Source: an uncultured Verrucomicrobiales bacterium (GTDB lineage Bacteria > Verrucomicrobiota > Verrucomicrobiia > Verrucomicrobiales > DEV007). From it: a stretch of 64,000 nucleotides of DNA. Below the pieces are notes generated by a model that was not told the origin of the DNA, searched no databases, and worked only from the letters and a program-made list of their open reading frames with translations. The position numbers and the translations under genes were made by a program. This document shows, in pieces, positions 1 to 10,249 of this stretch (the first letter of the stretch is position 1; every line of letters starts with the position of its first letter). The stretch spans positions 32,001 to 96,000 of the forward strand of contig CALKOM010000006.1 of assembly GCA_938091905.1 (NCBI GenBank), read 5' to 3'.

Positions 1-836
1 TGAGAATTGCGGCGATCACGACACTGGAGAACGTGCCTGTCTCTAACAAAATGCGGCTCACTCATCTAACGAATGCCTTAGAAGACGATGAGCGTGTGGT
101 CAGAAAGTGCGCGGCGGGAGCTTTGGGTGACCTTGGCAGTTTGGCCAAAGAAGCCTTACCTGTTTTATTAGCGTCTGTGCAAGGGCCATCTCCTACCGCT
201 GGTTATCGCAATACGGTTATTGAAACGTTTGGTAAGATAGGAAACGATGCCGAATCAGCCGTGCCGTATCTCCGAACTCTTCTCCACGATGAAATGGATG
301 AGGCGACGTGCTTGCAAAGTTTACGGGCGCTTGCCGCCATTGGGGTCAAAGCAGAGAGATCGATCCCAGAAATCCTGGCGCTTTGCGAGCACCAAGCGAT
401 CGATCTTCGTCGCGGTGCCTTGGAGGCGCTTGGTAGTGTTTCCGATCAGGCGGAACAAAAGATCCCTGTTTTTCTCAAGGCTCTCGACGATTCTTCTCCA
501 GACGTGCGTCGGCCAGTGATTGCTGGCCTTGGTCGGCTTCGTGGAGAAGCTGCTCCCGCTGCTGGTCGACTTGTTGATCTGCTAAATTCGGAGGAAGATC
601 GTGAGGCCGCACTCGATGCTCTCAGAGAAATCCGCCCTGAAGATCTCGATCTTTGCCTTCGGCTTTTGAAATCTGAAAACGTCGGTGGGCGTCTCCTTGC
701 CTGTGATCGGTTGGGGCGAATGAAGGACCGCCGCGCGCTCCCTGAGCTTCGTGCAGCCCGCGATGACGATGAGCACCGCTACGTTCGCCGTCGTGCGCGC
801 GAGGCTATCAGCCGGATTGAAAGTGCCAAGAAGTAG
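1..836 (+). CDS. HEAT/PBS-lyase repeat protein, 5' partial (frame open to the window edge)
   Basis: Repeated units such as L..ALEDDERVVRKCAAGALGDLG, LKALDDSSPDVRRPVIAGLGRL and VRRRAREAI; no stop in this frame between base 3 and the GTG at 33. Confidence 0.85.
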   Translation, partial: RIAAITTLENVPVSNKMRLTHLTNALEDDERVVRKCAAGALGDLGSLAKEALPVLLASVQGPSPTAGYRNTVIETFGKIGNDAESAVPYLRTLLHDEMDEATCLQSLRALAAIGVKAERSIPEILALCEHQAIDLRRGALEALGSVSDQAEQKIPVFLKALDDSSPDVRRPVIAGLGRLRGEAAPAAGRLVDLLNSEEDREAALDALREIRPEDLDLCLRLLKSENVGGRLLACDRLGRMKDRRALPELRAARDDDEHRYVRRRAREAISRIESAKK

Positions 837-1326
837 CTTGGGCGAGGGGCAGTCTGAGGAAGGACGGATACTTTTTCGGTCGAACCTGGAGCGTGAAAGT
901 CGTAAAAATACAATTGAAAGCACGATTAGAGCAATCCTTTCGTTCTGATGGTGCATTCAATCGGGCTTTGTACAAAAATGCTCGAATTAAGAAGTTTGCC
1001 GATGAATAGGCATTAAGTCTTCTTGGTCGAAGAGGATCCTGCGGTGGCCGCATTTCTAACGAGTGCCCTGGAACTCATGGGAGTGAAGGTGGACTGCCAC
1101 TGCCTTTCTAGAAAAACCCATCGATTTTAGGATTTTAAAGGCATATCCGAAGTGGTGAAGCCGATCCTGGCCTGCATCGATACGAAGAGCTGCCGGGCAT
1201 TTCTTTAAAGGAAGTCCGCTCTAGATGCTAAAGTTTCTTCTAGGCAGGATTGACCTTGAATCCAGTAACTAAATTGAATCCAGCTTTGGGCTTGAGGAAA
1301 GAACTCGAGGGCAAGAGGATGGAAGT

Positions 1327-2343
1327 ATGAAACATGCCTTCTCTATTCTCTCTGGTGCCGCATTCTTGGCCATGGCTCCTAGTCTACTGGCCCAAGATGC
1401 CTTTCTCGGTCGTTGGGCTTTGACCATTCCAAATGGAGGTGCCGGGTGGCTTGGCGTGGAGAAGAAGGATGGGTATTACGACGCGGGCATTCTTTGGGGT
1501 GGAGGGAGTGTTGTGCCGGTGGCTAGTGTCTATTTCCCTAGCGAAGACACGATGGTGGTGACGCGTGTGAACGACGTGAAGCGGCGGGATGCCAGTGGGA
1601 AGAAGGTTGTCCGGACACATCAGTTCACTGATCTTGTGAAAGCCAAGGTAAATGGTGATGTGTTGAGCCTAACGATATCGCGTCCCAAGCGTGACGGTTC
1701 GGGCGTGACAGAAGAAAGTTTTTCAGGCAAACGCATCGCTCCGCTGCCCCCTAAGCCGGACCTTGCCAAGGTGAAATTTGCCGATTCTCAGGTGCTCTTT
1801 CGATCGGAGTCTGATTTGACCAAGTGGGAACTGATGAATCCTGACAAGAAGGATAATGGCTGGAGCGTCAAGGACGGCGTCCTCATGAACCGCGCCGCGC
1901 AGGAAGAAGGCAAACCTCGCAAGCACTATGGTAACCTGCAAACGAAGGAAAAGTTCGAAGACTTTAACCTGACGCTCGGTGTCCGTGTGCCGAAGAACGG
2001 AAACAGTGGCCTCTATCTTCGTGGCATCTATGAGATTCAAGTAGCCGACACTCATGATAAACCGTTGGATTCGCATCACATGGGCGGCATCTACAGCCGC
2101 GTTGCTCCGAGCGTCATGGCAGAGAAGCCAACTGGGGAGTGGCAAACCTACGATATCACCTTGGTCGACCGTCATGTCACGGTCATCCTCAATGGCAAGA
2201 AGATCCATGACAACGTGCCGTTGGAAGGTTGCACAGGAGGGGCGCTGTGGTCAGACGAGACCCTGCCTGGGCCCCTCTATTTGCAGGGGGACCACACGGA
2301 TGTGGACTACCGGAATGTCGTTATTCGACCGGTCGCGAAATAG
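1327..2343 (+). CDS. Secreted DUF1080 (3-keto-disaccharide hydrolase-like) protein
   Basis: Signal peptide; motifs GNSGLYLRGIYEIQV, GEWQTYDI, GPLYLQGDH, YRNV. Confidence 0.85.
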   Translation: MKHAFSILSGAAFLAMAPSLLAQDAFLGRWALTIPNGGAGWLGVEKKDGYYDAGILWGGGSVVPVASVYFPSEDTMVVTRVNDVKRRDASGKKVVRTHQFTDLVKAKVNGDVLSLTISRPKRDGSGVTEESFSGKRIAPLPPKPDLAKVKFADSQVLFRSESDLTKWELMNPDKKDNGWSVKDGVLMNRAAQEEGKPRKHYGNLQTKEKFEDFNLTLGVRVPKNGNSGLYLRGIYEIQVADTHDKPLDSHHMGGIYSRVAPSVMAEKPTGEWQTYDITLVDRHVTVILNGKKIHDNVPLEGCTGGALWSDETLPGPLYLQGDHTDVDYRNVVIRPVAK

Positions 2344-2422
2344 GTTGTGATCGCTGGCCGATGTTCAGAAGGTCACGGCGGCGACGGAGCACCGCCATCC
2401 GGGATTTGATGGCGATTTAATC

Positions 2423-4120
2423 ATGAGTCGTAAGTTCGCCATCGCTCTCTTTGGCGTGATGGGGGTGTTCTTTGCCCTCTTCTTTGTCTGGCCAATCGCC
2501 ATTACAGTACGCGAGGCGTTCGTCACCAATGATGGGCAGTTTACACTGGCTTACTTGGGTGATGTCTTTCTGAATCCGCTCTACGTCGAGGGACTGATCA
2601 ACTCGCTCAAGATGGGCGTGTTTAGCACGTTGCTGGCCATTCTGCTAGCACTACCGCTTGCGGTGTTGACGGACCGTTACGTCTTTCCCGGAAAGGCGTG
2701 GTTCTCCTCACTTATTCTCTTGCCTTTGATGCTTCCTCCCTTTGTGGGCGCGATCGGTATCAAGCACCTCTTGGGCAAGATGGGCGTGTTGAATACCGGT
2801 TTGATCAATATCGGACTGATGAATCCCGCTCAGCCCGTCGATTGGTTAGGCGAAAGCCAGTTGTTAGGCGTGGTGATCATGAATGCGCTTCATCTCTACC
2901 CGATCATCTATCTAAACGTCTCTGCAGCATTGGCCAACCTTGATCCAGCCATGGAAGAGGCTGCGGAGAATCTAGGGTGTGGTCGTTGGCGTCGCTTCTT
3001 TAAGATCACGCTTCCGCTGACCATGCCTGGACTGTTCGCGGGCGCGACCATCGTTTTTATCTGGGCTTTTACCGAGCTTGGCGTGCCACTGATGTTCGAC
3101 TTCAGACGGGTGACGTCCGTGCAGATCTTCAACGGCCTGAAGGATCTTTCGGGAAATCCGACGCCCTACGCGCTCGTAGTGGTCTTGCTGGCTGCGGCCA
3201 TTCTGATGTTCGCGCTGAGCAAAGGCGTCTTTGGGCGACGTGCTCAAGCCATTGCTGGCAAGGCGTCGATTGGACGGCAACCGCGCCCGTTAGGCACAGC
3301 GAGAGCCCTCGCCTGCACCCTTCTCTTCACGACGGTGACGGTAGTCGCGGTCTTGCCGCATGTGGCTGTCGTGCTGACGTCCCTTTCCAAGGATTGGTAT
3401 GGGACGATCCTACCAGATACTTTTACATTGGCTTCCTATGAAGAGGCGCTTGGCCATCCACTGACATTGCTTTCCATCAAGAATAGCCTCATCTACGCGA
3501 GTTTGGCCACGGTGCTCGATGTCGTTCTCGGTGTGGCCATCGCCTATGTGGTCGTGCGGACTACTTTGCCGGGGCGCTACTTGCTCGATGGCATGGCCAT
3601 GATGCCGCTCGCTGTGCCTGGGCTTGTGTTGGCGTTCGGCTACCTGGCGATGACTCGGGAGGGGCAGTTCTTTGATTTCCTGATGTTGGGAGAGAATCCT
3701 ATTCTTCTCCTTGTCATCGCCTATGCGGTTCGCCGATTGCCTTACGTCGTTCGATCTGCAGCCGCAGGTTTCCAGCAAACCAGCGTTTCGTTAGAAGAGG
3801 CTGCGCAGAATCTTGGAGCAAGTCCGTTCAAAGCCTTGCGCAAGATCACCTTGCCACTGATTTCGGCAAATATCCTTGCCGGAGGCTTGTTAGCATTTGC
3901 TTTTGCCATGCTTGAAGTTTCGGACTCTCTCATTCTGGCGACTAAGCAGGCGTATTTCCCCATCACGACAGCTATGTATGCACTCTTCAATGCCTTGGGA
4001 AACGGAGAAAAACTTGCCTCTGCTCTAGGTGTCTGGGCCATGGCTTTTCTCGCGATTACTATCATTGGGGCGAGCCTCATTCTGGGAAAGAAGATGGGAG
4101 CCCTTTTTCGTATCTCGTGA
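2423..4120 (+). CDS. ABC transporter permease, Fe3+/thiamine (FbpB/ThiP-like) two-domain type
   Basis: Highly hydrophobic; two EAA loops (MEEAAENLG, LEEAAQNLGA). Confidence 0.9.
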   Translation: MSRKFAIALFGVMGVFFALFFVWPIAITVREAFVTNDGQFTLAYLGDVFLNPLYVEGLINSLKMGVFSTLLAILLALPLAVLTDRYVFPGKAWFSSLILLPLMLPPFVGAIGIKHLLGKMGVLNTGLINIGLMNPAQPVDWLGESQLLGVVIMNALHLYPIIYLNVSAALANLDPAMEEAAENLGCGRWRRFFKITLPLTMPGLFAGATIVFIWAFTELGVPLMFDFRRVTSVQIFNGLKDLSGNPTPYALVVVLLAAAILMFALSKGVFGRRAQAIAGKASIGRQPRPLGTARALACTLLFTTVTVVAVLPHVAVVLTSLSKDWYGTILPDTFTLASYEEALGHPLTLLSIKNSLIYASLATVLDVVLGVAIAYVVVRTTLPGRYLLDGMAMMPLAVPGLVLAFGYLAMTREGQFFDFLMLGENPILLLVIAYAVRRLPYVVRSAAAGFQQTSVSLEEAAQNLGASPFKALRKITLPLISANILAGGLLAFAFAMLEVSDSLILATKQAYFPITTAMYALFNALGNGEKLASALGVWAMAFLAITIIGASLILGKKMGALFRIS

Positions 4121-6117
4121 CTTCGTATCCAAGAGTTTTCCTGTGGGTAGCCATGTTCCTTGTGTCGTGGCCACCAAGGATTGTCTCTGCTCAGGAGGAC
4201 GTCGTTGAGCCCATATGGACCCTGTCGCAAGCACCAGGGATCGTGCAGGAGGCATTCGACCTGAGAGCGAACTATAATCTAACGGGAGCGACAGTGCATT
4301 ACACGATTGACGGAAGTGCCCCTTCATTGGATAGCCCGCTGTGGTCTGGCCGATACCGGGCAGAGGCAACGATTATGCTGCGTTGGATAGCGGTCGTAGA
4401 CGAGGTGATTGTGGCGCGAAAGGGCGCTGGCTATCTGTTTGCGGACGCTGGGGTGGCGGACTTCAGTTCAGATTTGCCAATTGTGGTCGTGGATTCTTTC
4501 GGTGTGGATATTGACAGCGAAGGCTTGGCGGATTCACGCGGCCCCAAGCGCCCTGTTTGGTCGGTCTTCTTTGAACGAGACCCATCTACTGGGCGGGCCT
4601 CACCCAGAGGTACTGTGGATTTCTCTGGGCGAGCTGGCATGCGGGTTCGGGGACAATCGTCGACCATGTTTCCGAAGAAGCAGTACACGTTAGAACTGTG
4701 GGATGAGGAGAACGATGACCAGAGTGCGAGCTTGTTAGGTTTTCCAAGAGAATCAGATTGGATTCTTCACGCGCCCTTCTCTGACAAGACCCTCATGCGT
4801 AATGTCCTCGCCTACGCGTGGTTTCGAGAAATGGGGCACTATGCGGTAAAGACCCAGTACGTGGAACTCTTCTATAATCGTGACGGCGACTCCGTCTCTC
4901 TTCAGGACTATGTGGGGGTCTATGTCCTTATGGAGAAGATTAAACGCGATTCCGAAAGGGTGGCGATTACCAAGCTAGACGAGACGGTGAGTGAGCTTCC
5001 CGAATTGAGTGGTGGTTACATCTTCAAGAAAGACAAAGGCACGCAGAATGATGTGAACTTTCGCACGCCAGACGGTCATCGATTTGGCTTTGTCGAGCCA
5101 GATGAGCCAACGGAACTTCAGTTCCACTACTTGGATGGCCACTTAGCAGAGTTCGAGCATGCCCTTTACAGCCGAGATTTTAAAGATCCCGACAAAGGGT
5201 ATGCAGCCTACATCGACGTGGATTCTTTCATCGATGTTCATCTTCACGTGGAGATCTGTCGGAACATTGATGGCATTCGGCTAAGCACCTATTATCACAA
5301 AGACCGCGAGGGGAAGATCAACATGGGACCCGTGTGGGATTACAATCTCTCGTTAGGCAATACCACGATGCGAGAGGGGCAATACCCAGATGGTTGGTAC
5401 CACCACACGATACATGATCGTGAATACACTTACTTTGCGCGTCTCTTTGAAGACCCTGGGTTCGAGCTTCTTTATTGGGATCGCTACTATCAGCTTCGCA
5501 AGACAATGTTCTCTAGAGCTAGGCTTGCTGAACAGATCAAAGAACTAACCAGGGAGCTAAGCGAATCTCAAGAGCGCAATTTCCGAAAATGGCAGATTCT
5601 TGGTATGCCTGTTTGGCAGAATCCTAGAGGCGTGTGGAAACGACAAAGCCATCAAGCCGAAGTTGAGTGGATGAAGCGCTGGCTCTTCCAACGGCTCGAG
5701 TGGATGGACGGGCAATTTATCCCTCCACCTGTGATTAAAGCTAGTGCTACTCCATTGCCGCCTGGCGGGACTGTTTTTCTGAACTTGCCATCATTGGGCC
5801 CAAGGCTTCGAAATCCGCAGCTAGTCTACACAATGGACGGGAGCGATCCACGGGGGGCGGATAATCGGCCGTCTGCGACAGCCGCAAGTGTGGCACCCGG
5901 AACGGCCGTAGAATTGGCCACGACTTCGACCGTTTGTGTGCGTGCCTTGGATAGGTCACGCTGGGGCGCGCTTGAAGAGATTGAAGTCGTGGTGGATGCC
6001 TCGCTGCCTGCCATGGAGCCTAACTCACAGAGATCGTGGAGCTACTGGCTGATGGTATTAATCATTGGAGTTGCTCTTCTCATGGGCATTGGGTGGAAAC
6101 GTGTGCGCTCTTTGTAA
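4117..6117 (+). CDS. CotH kinase family protein with FN3-associated/chitobiase-like domains and a C-terminal TM anchor
   Basis: RVRGQSS..PKKQY, ESDWIL, DKTLMRN, YVGVYVLMEKI, GPVWDYNLSLGN; YTIDGS/YTMDGSDP; hydrophobic tail; GTGA overlap with the permease stop. Confidence 0.85.
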   Translation: MTSYPRVFLWVAMFLVSWPPRIVSAQEDVVEPIWTLSQAPGIVQEAFDLRANYNLTGATVHYTIDGSAPSLDSPLWSGRYRAEATIMLRWIAVVDEVIVARKGAGYLFADAGVADFSSDLPIVVVDSFGVDIDSEGLADSRGPKRPVWSVFFERDPSTGRASPRGTVDFSGRAGMRVRGQSSTMFPKKQYTLELWDEENDDQSASLLGFPRESDWILHAPFSDKTLMRNVLAYAWFREMGHYAVKTQYVELFYNRDGDSVSLQDYVGVYVLMEKIKRDSERVAITKLDETVSELPELSGGYIFKKDKGTQNDVNFRTPDGHRFGFVEPDEPTELQFHYLDGHLAEFEHALYSRDFKDPDKGYAAYIDVDSFIDVHLHVEICRNIDGIRLSTYYHKDREGKINMGPVWDYNLSLGNTTMREGQYPDGWYHHTIHDREYTYFARLFEDPGFELLYWDRYYQLRKTMFSRARLAEQIKELTRELSESQERNFRKWQILGMPVWQNPRGVWKRQSHQAEVEWMKRWLFQRLEWMDGQFIPPPVIKASATPLPPGGTVFLNLPSLGPRLRNPQLVYTMDGSDPRGADNRPSATAASVAPGTAVELATTSTVCVRALDRSRWGALEEIEVVVDASLPAMEPNSQRSWSYWLMVLIIGVALLMGIGWKRVRSL

Positions 6118-6164
6118 AGCAGCCTTATTTGACACTTGGGTCGGTTGCCTCCACCTTTCTCTTT

Positions 6165-7619
6165 ATGAGAAGTGTGCTGTCGATTGCCGTCGTCGCCTTG
6201 GTCACTGGAGTCGGGGGATTCCTCATGGGCTACAGTCCTAGCCAGTCCGATGGGTCCTTGGATTCTGGGCTTACCTTGGAGAAAGGAAGTCTCCTGGGTT
6301 CTAACATTCCTTTGAATGCGCTGTCACCTGCTGAGCGTCGTGAAGCGGGGCATCGGGTGGCGACCATGAGCCAGGGAGGTCAGGATTACACTGACGAGGA
6401 TTTCCAGAATGATTTGCTTCGTCTTGGTAAAAGTGCGAGTCCGATCGGGCGTTTTGATAGTCTGACGCGCATGTTAGAAAACCTGAGCCCAGAGAATTTG
6501 CCCAGGGTGCTCAAGGCGTTTGAGAAACTGCCGCCCACTCCGGAGTACATTAACGAGTATCAAATGCTTCTCCATGCATGGACAAAATTTGACCGGTCTG
6601 GGGCGATCAAGTTTGTCGAGAACTTGGTTGGTGATGGTGCGGGGGGTGAACTGACTCTGAGTCAGGAGGAGCTTCTGAAGCCCGTGCTGTCTTCGTGGGC
6701 GAGTGAGAATCCTCAGAAGGCACTGGAGTGGTTTAAGTATTTGCCGGAAGACCAGCAGACCCACCACATGGAAATGAGTCTCTTGGCAGGATGGGCTGTC
6801 AATGATCCTGGCACTGCTGCGGAATACCTCCAAAGTAAGAAGCCGGGTCAGAAACGTGAGTACTTAATTGGTCAGGTTGTTTCAGAACTGTTCCGTAAGA
6901 GCCCCCAAAGCGCAGTGGAATGGGCGGAGTCCTCGGGTGGAGATTGGAAGTTCAAAGAGCAGGTCTTTGAAGAGCTGGCTGAAGATTGGGTTAGTAACGA
7001 TCCACAGGGTTTGGCAGACATGTTGAAGGGTCATGTGAACGAGCGTTATTCATGGGAGGCGGTAGAAGACTTGGGCCGCGGATGGGTCGCCACGGACTCG
7101 GATGCGGCCACGACATGGTTCGAAGGCCTTGAAGATGGACCGGCCAAACAGAAGGGCATCGAGAAGATGGCTCAAAGCTGGGCTGAGAATGATCTGACAT
7201 CTATGGGGGAATGGCTCAATTCCCTGCCAGATTCCCCAACAACGGACAGAGGTGTGAAAGCGTATTCTGAACGTCTCGCTGAGCAGTCTCCGAGTCTCGC
7301 GCTCGATTCGGCCATGGGCATCCAAGATGACGGCATTCGCAACGGCACCGTCCAAGATATCGCTCAGGACTGGTTTGCCAAAGATGCAGATTCTGCGATC
7401 GACTGGGCGAGTTCGAACAATTATCCTGAGGAGGGCCTTGGGCGGACTTTGGAAACCTATGCCGACATGAACTCCGAGCAGTTGCGTGAAGTCACCAAGC
7501 AGATCAATAGGGACCAATTGCCTCCAGAGCAAATGGTCGAGCTGACGGCAACGAAAGAGATGTTAGAGAGACAAGCGCAGCAGCTGAAGCAGGCGTTGGC
7601 GCCAGCTGAAGGCGGGTAG
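6165..7619 (+). CDS. Hypothetical helical-repeat protein with an N-terminal membrane anchor
   Basis: Repeats of the type W...DP..A..W...L (WASENPQKALEWF, WVATDSDAATTWF, WFAKDADSAIDWA); ATG 6165 precedes the hydrophobic segment (the ORF track start at 6036 overlaps the upstream gene). Confidence 0.75.
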   Translation: MRSVLSIAVVALVTGVGGFLMGYSPSQSDGSLDSGLTLEKGSLLGSNIPLNALSPAERREAGHRVATMSQGGQDYTDEDFQNDLLRLGKSASPIGRFDSLTRMLENLSPENLPRVLKAFEKLPPTPEYINEYQMLLHAWTKFDRSGAIKFVENLVGDGAGGELTLSQEELLKPVLSSWASENPQKALEWFKYLPEDQQTHHMEMSLLAGWAVNDPGTAAEYLQSKKPGQKREYLIGQVVSELFRKSPQSAVEWAESSGGDWKFKEQVFEELAEDWVSNDPQGLADMLKGHVNERYSWEAVEDLGRGWVATDSDAATTWFEGLEDGPAKQKGIEKMAQSWAENDLTSMGEWLNSLPDSPTTDRGVKAYSERLAEQSPSLALDSAMGIQDDGIRNGTVQDIAQDWFAKDADSAIDWASSNNYPEEGLGRTLETYADMNSEQLREVTKQINRDQLPPEQMVELTATKEMLERQAQQLKQALAPAEGG

Positions 7620-7638
7620 AGAGTGCGCTCTGTGACTT

Positions 7639-8886
7639 CTAAAGATCTTCGGGCTTCTGTAGAAGTTCACTGATCCGTGAGAGCAGCCTCCCTGCAGCTC
7701 CACCGTCGAGGACGCGATGGTCAAAGCTCAGTGTAAGTGCAGCACCGGTCACGGGAACGAAGGTATTCTTCTCGTCATCCCAGACGGGCTGCTTACTTCC
7801 ACGGCCGAGTCCTAGAACGAGGTTCTGCTCGGGCAGAGGAATGGGAGTGGCCCAGACGATGCCGAAGGTTCCGAAGTTAGTCACGGTGGCGATTCCAGTT
7901 CCCAGGGCGTCTGGCGGGAGTCGGCGGTCGCGAGCTTGGCCGACGAGGCGATCATAGATCGGGACGAGCTGGCTCAGTGGTTTTTGGTCGACATCGCGGA
8001 TGACTGGCACGAGCACACCGTCCTCGGCTTCTACGGCGAAGCCGATATCGACCGAGCCGGGGTGTACGATCTGGGAGCCGACTAATCGTCCGGCGACGGC
8101 GGTGTTTTCAGCGAGGGCGAGGGCAAGGGCGCGAATCAAGTAGAGGGCCGGACCTGCTTTCTGTTGGGCGGTGCGCCGATGATCTAACAAAGCATCTAGT
8201 ACGATCGGAGAGCCAACTGTAGCCAGGGGGCGAGACCAACTGCGTCTCATCGAATCGGCTACTGCAATCCGCATGGGGGATGCGGGCGTCATCTTATTCT
8301 GTTCGATCTCAGCGACAAAGCTTTCGAAATCTTCCACGGTGACCCGTCCGCCGGAACCGCTTCCCGCGACGCCTGCGAGATCAGACTTATTCAAGCCCAG
8401 CTCGACCATGCGTGCTTTCAGGCGGGGAGAGAGGTAACTGGCACCGGTGGCTTTCGCTGGTACTGGAAGCCCTTCGATCGTAGGCTTCACTGTTGGTTGA
8501 TCATCTTCTTGCTGCAGTTGCTCTGCATCTATCTGAGGCACTGCGTCATCTTCTACTTTGAAATGGACGCCAGCCGTATCGTCACTTTCTGCGGAGACCC
8601 GAGAATCTCCTGGATCACTAAGGCCAAGCTGATTCGCAGCGTCTGTACTGACGGTCAAGTAGCCTAACGTTGCTCCTACGGCATAGCTGACATCTTTCTC
8701 TGCGGTGACCCTGTCAATGACTCCATCGGAAGGAGTGGTCACACTCATGACTGCCTTGTTTGTTTCCACCTCCATGATCTCCTGATCTGCCGCTACGGTA
8801 TCGCCAGGTTGCACCTGGATATCGACCACAATGGCTTCTGCAATGGATTCGCCCAGCTGGGGCATGGTGATCGGGATTTGGGGCAT
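7639..8886 (-). CDS. 2-oxoacid dehydrogenase E2 component (dihydrolipoamide acyltransferase family)
   Basis: Lipoyl domain MPQLGESIAE...EVETNKA; peripheral-subunit-binding GSGSGGRVT; catalytic LSFDHRVLDG. Confidence 0.92.
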   Translation of the reverse strand: MPQIPITMPQLGESIAEAIVVDIQVQPGDTVAADQEIMEVETNKAVMSVTTPSDGVIDRVTAEKDVSYAVGATLGYLTVSTDAANQLGLSDPGDSRVSAESDDTAGVHFKVEDDAVPQIDAEQLQQEDDQPTVKPTIEGLPVPAKATGASYLSPRLKARMVELGLNKSDLAGVAGSGSGGRVTVEDFESFVAEIEQNKMTPASPMRIAVADSMRRSWSRPLATVGSPIVLDALLDHRRTAQQKAGPALYLIRALALALAENTAVAGRLVGSQIVHPGSVDIGFAVEAEDGVLVPVIRDVDQKPLSQLVPIYDRLVGQARDRRLPPDALGTGIATVTNFGTFGIVWATPIPLPEQNLVLGLGRGSKQPVWDDEKNTFVPVTGAALTLSFDHRVLDGGAAGRLLSRISELLQKPEDL

Positions 8887-8991
8887 GATGAGAGGTCTCT
8901 AGCAGCGTCCGAGAATTGGCGGGATGGTCAATCATTAAGTTGCCGGAGCCAAACCATTGCCAGCATGCGCTAGACGTGCCAGCATGGCGGC

Positions 8992-10218
8992 ATGTCGCGA
9001 ATTGCCCTGTTCTCGTTGCTCGTCGTCACCACGGCTGCTCAGGCTGGTCCCGCCGCTGAGTTGCGGATGGCGTTTCTAAATTGGATCAATCAGCCAGTCG
9101 CGGATCGCCCAGCGATTGGGGAGCAAACGTTTGCCAAGGCTGCTCTGACAGAGAGGCAAGCAATTAAGATCCATGAATATCTTTGGACCGATCACGTAGC
9201 CAACACCATGCAAGAACGTGCGACTGAGATGGCCAAGAAGGCGATTACGATTGGCGAACATACCTTGCGTTTTGAGTCCAAGACTTTCGGGACGAAGCCG
9301 GGCGGAGGGCACAGTCTATACATCTCGATGCATGGAGGAGGAAACACACGGGCTAAGGTAAATGACCAGCAGTGGAAGAATCAGATCAGCCTCTACAAAC
9401 CCCAGGAAGGCATTTATCTAGCACCCCGCGCTCCTTCAGATACCTGGAATCTTTGGCATCGTTCTCACATTGATCCGTTCTTTGATCGGTTGATCGAGAA
9501 TCTAGTCCTTCTTGACGACGTCGATCCTAACAAGGTATATTTTATGGGCTACTCTGCTGGTGGAGATGGGGTTTACCAACTGGCTCCTCGCATGGCTGAT
9601 CGCCTGGCGGCCGCAGCGATGATGGCGGGGCATCCTAACGAGACGACACCAGATGGGCTGCGGAATATCGGATTCACGTTGCACATGGGTGCTCAAGATG
9701 GTGCCTACAAACGCAACCAGATTGCCGCTGAGTGGAAAACGAGGCTAAACGAGCTCCATCAAGAAGATCCAGGTGGGTATGTTCATGAGGTGAAGATCCA
9801 CAAGGGGAAGGGCCATTGGATGGAGCGGGAAGATGCGGTCGCGGTGTCTTGGATGTCAAAGTTTTCGCGTGATCCACATCCTAACAAAGTGGTTTGGCTG
9901 CAAGATGATGTCACGCACACGCGTTTTTATTGGCTTTCTCTTGCTCAAGGAGATGTGAAGAAGGGGCAGCGGATTGTCGCCTCGATCAAGGGCCAAACCA
10001 TCACGATTGAGGAAGCCCGTGATTGTCCTCGCCTCACACTGCTCTTAACGGACGCTTTGGTTGACCTCGATCAAGAGGTGAAGGTGACTTACAAAGGGAA
10101 GACCTTATTTCAGGGAAAAGTCAGGCGCACGATTGCGGATCTGGCAACCCGTCTGAGTGAGAGGCTGGACCCAAAGCAGCTCTACTGGGCTGGGCTTCCT
10201 GTTGATTTGGGCGCTTGA
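8992..10218 (+). CDS. Secreted alpha/beta hydrolase (esterase/peptidase-like)
   Basis: Signal peptide; MHGGG oxyanion motif, GYSAGG nucleophile elbow, D in MGAQD, H in KGHW. Confidence 0.8.
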   Translation: MSRIALFSLLVVTTAAQAGPAAELRMAFLNWINQPVADRPAIGEQTFAKAALTERQAIKIHEYLWTDHVANTMQERATEMAKKAITIGEHTLRFESKTFGTKPGGGHSLYISMHGGGNTRAKVNDQQWKNQISLYKPQEGIYLAPRAPSDTWNLWHRSHIDPFFDRLIENLVLLDDVDPNKVYFMGYSAGGDGVYQLAPRMADRLAAAAMMAGHPNETTPDGLRNIGFTLHMGAQDGAYKRNQIAAEWKTRLNELHQEDPGGYVHEVKIHKGKGHWMEREDAVAVSWMSKFSRDPHPNKVVWLQDDVTHTRFYWLSLAQGDVKKGQRIVASIKGQTITIEEARDCPRLTLLLTDALVDLDQEVKVTYKGKTLFQGKVRRTIADLATRLSERLDPKQLYWAGLPVDLGA

Positions 10219-10249
10219 TCTTGCGATTACCGTTCAGCACAGTTTCCCC

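Noticed and set aside
837..1326. Short ORFs or a gene remnant in the 490 nt spacer
   Set aside because: No recognisable protein motif or RNA family.
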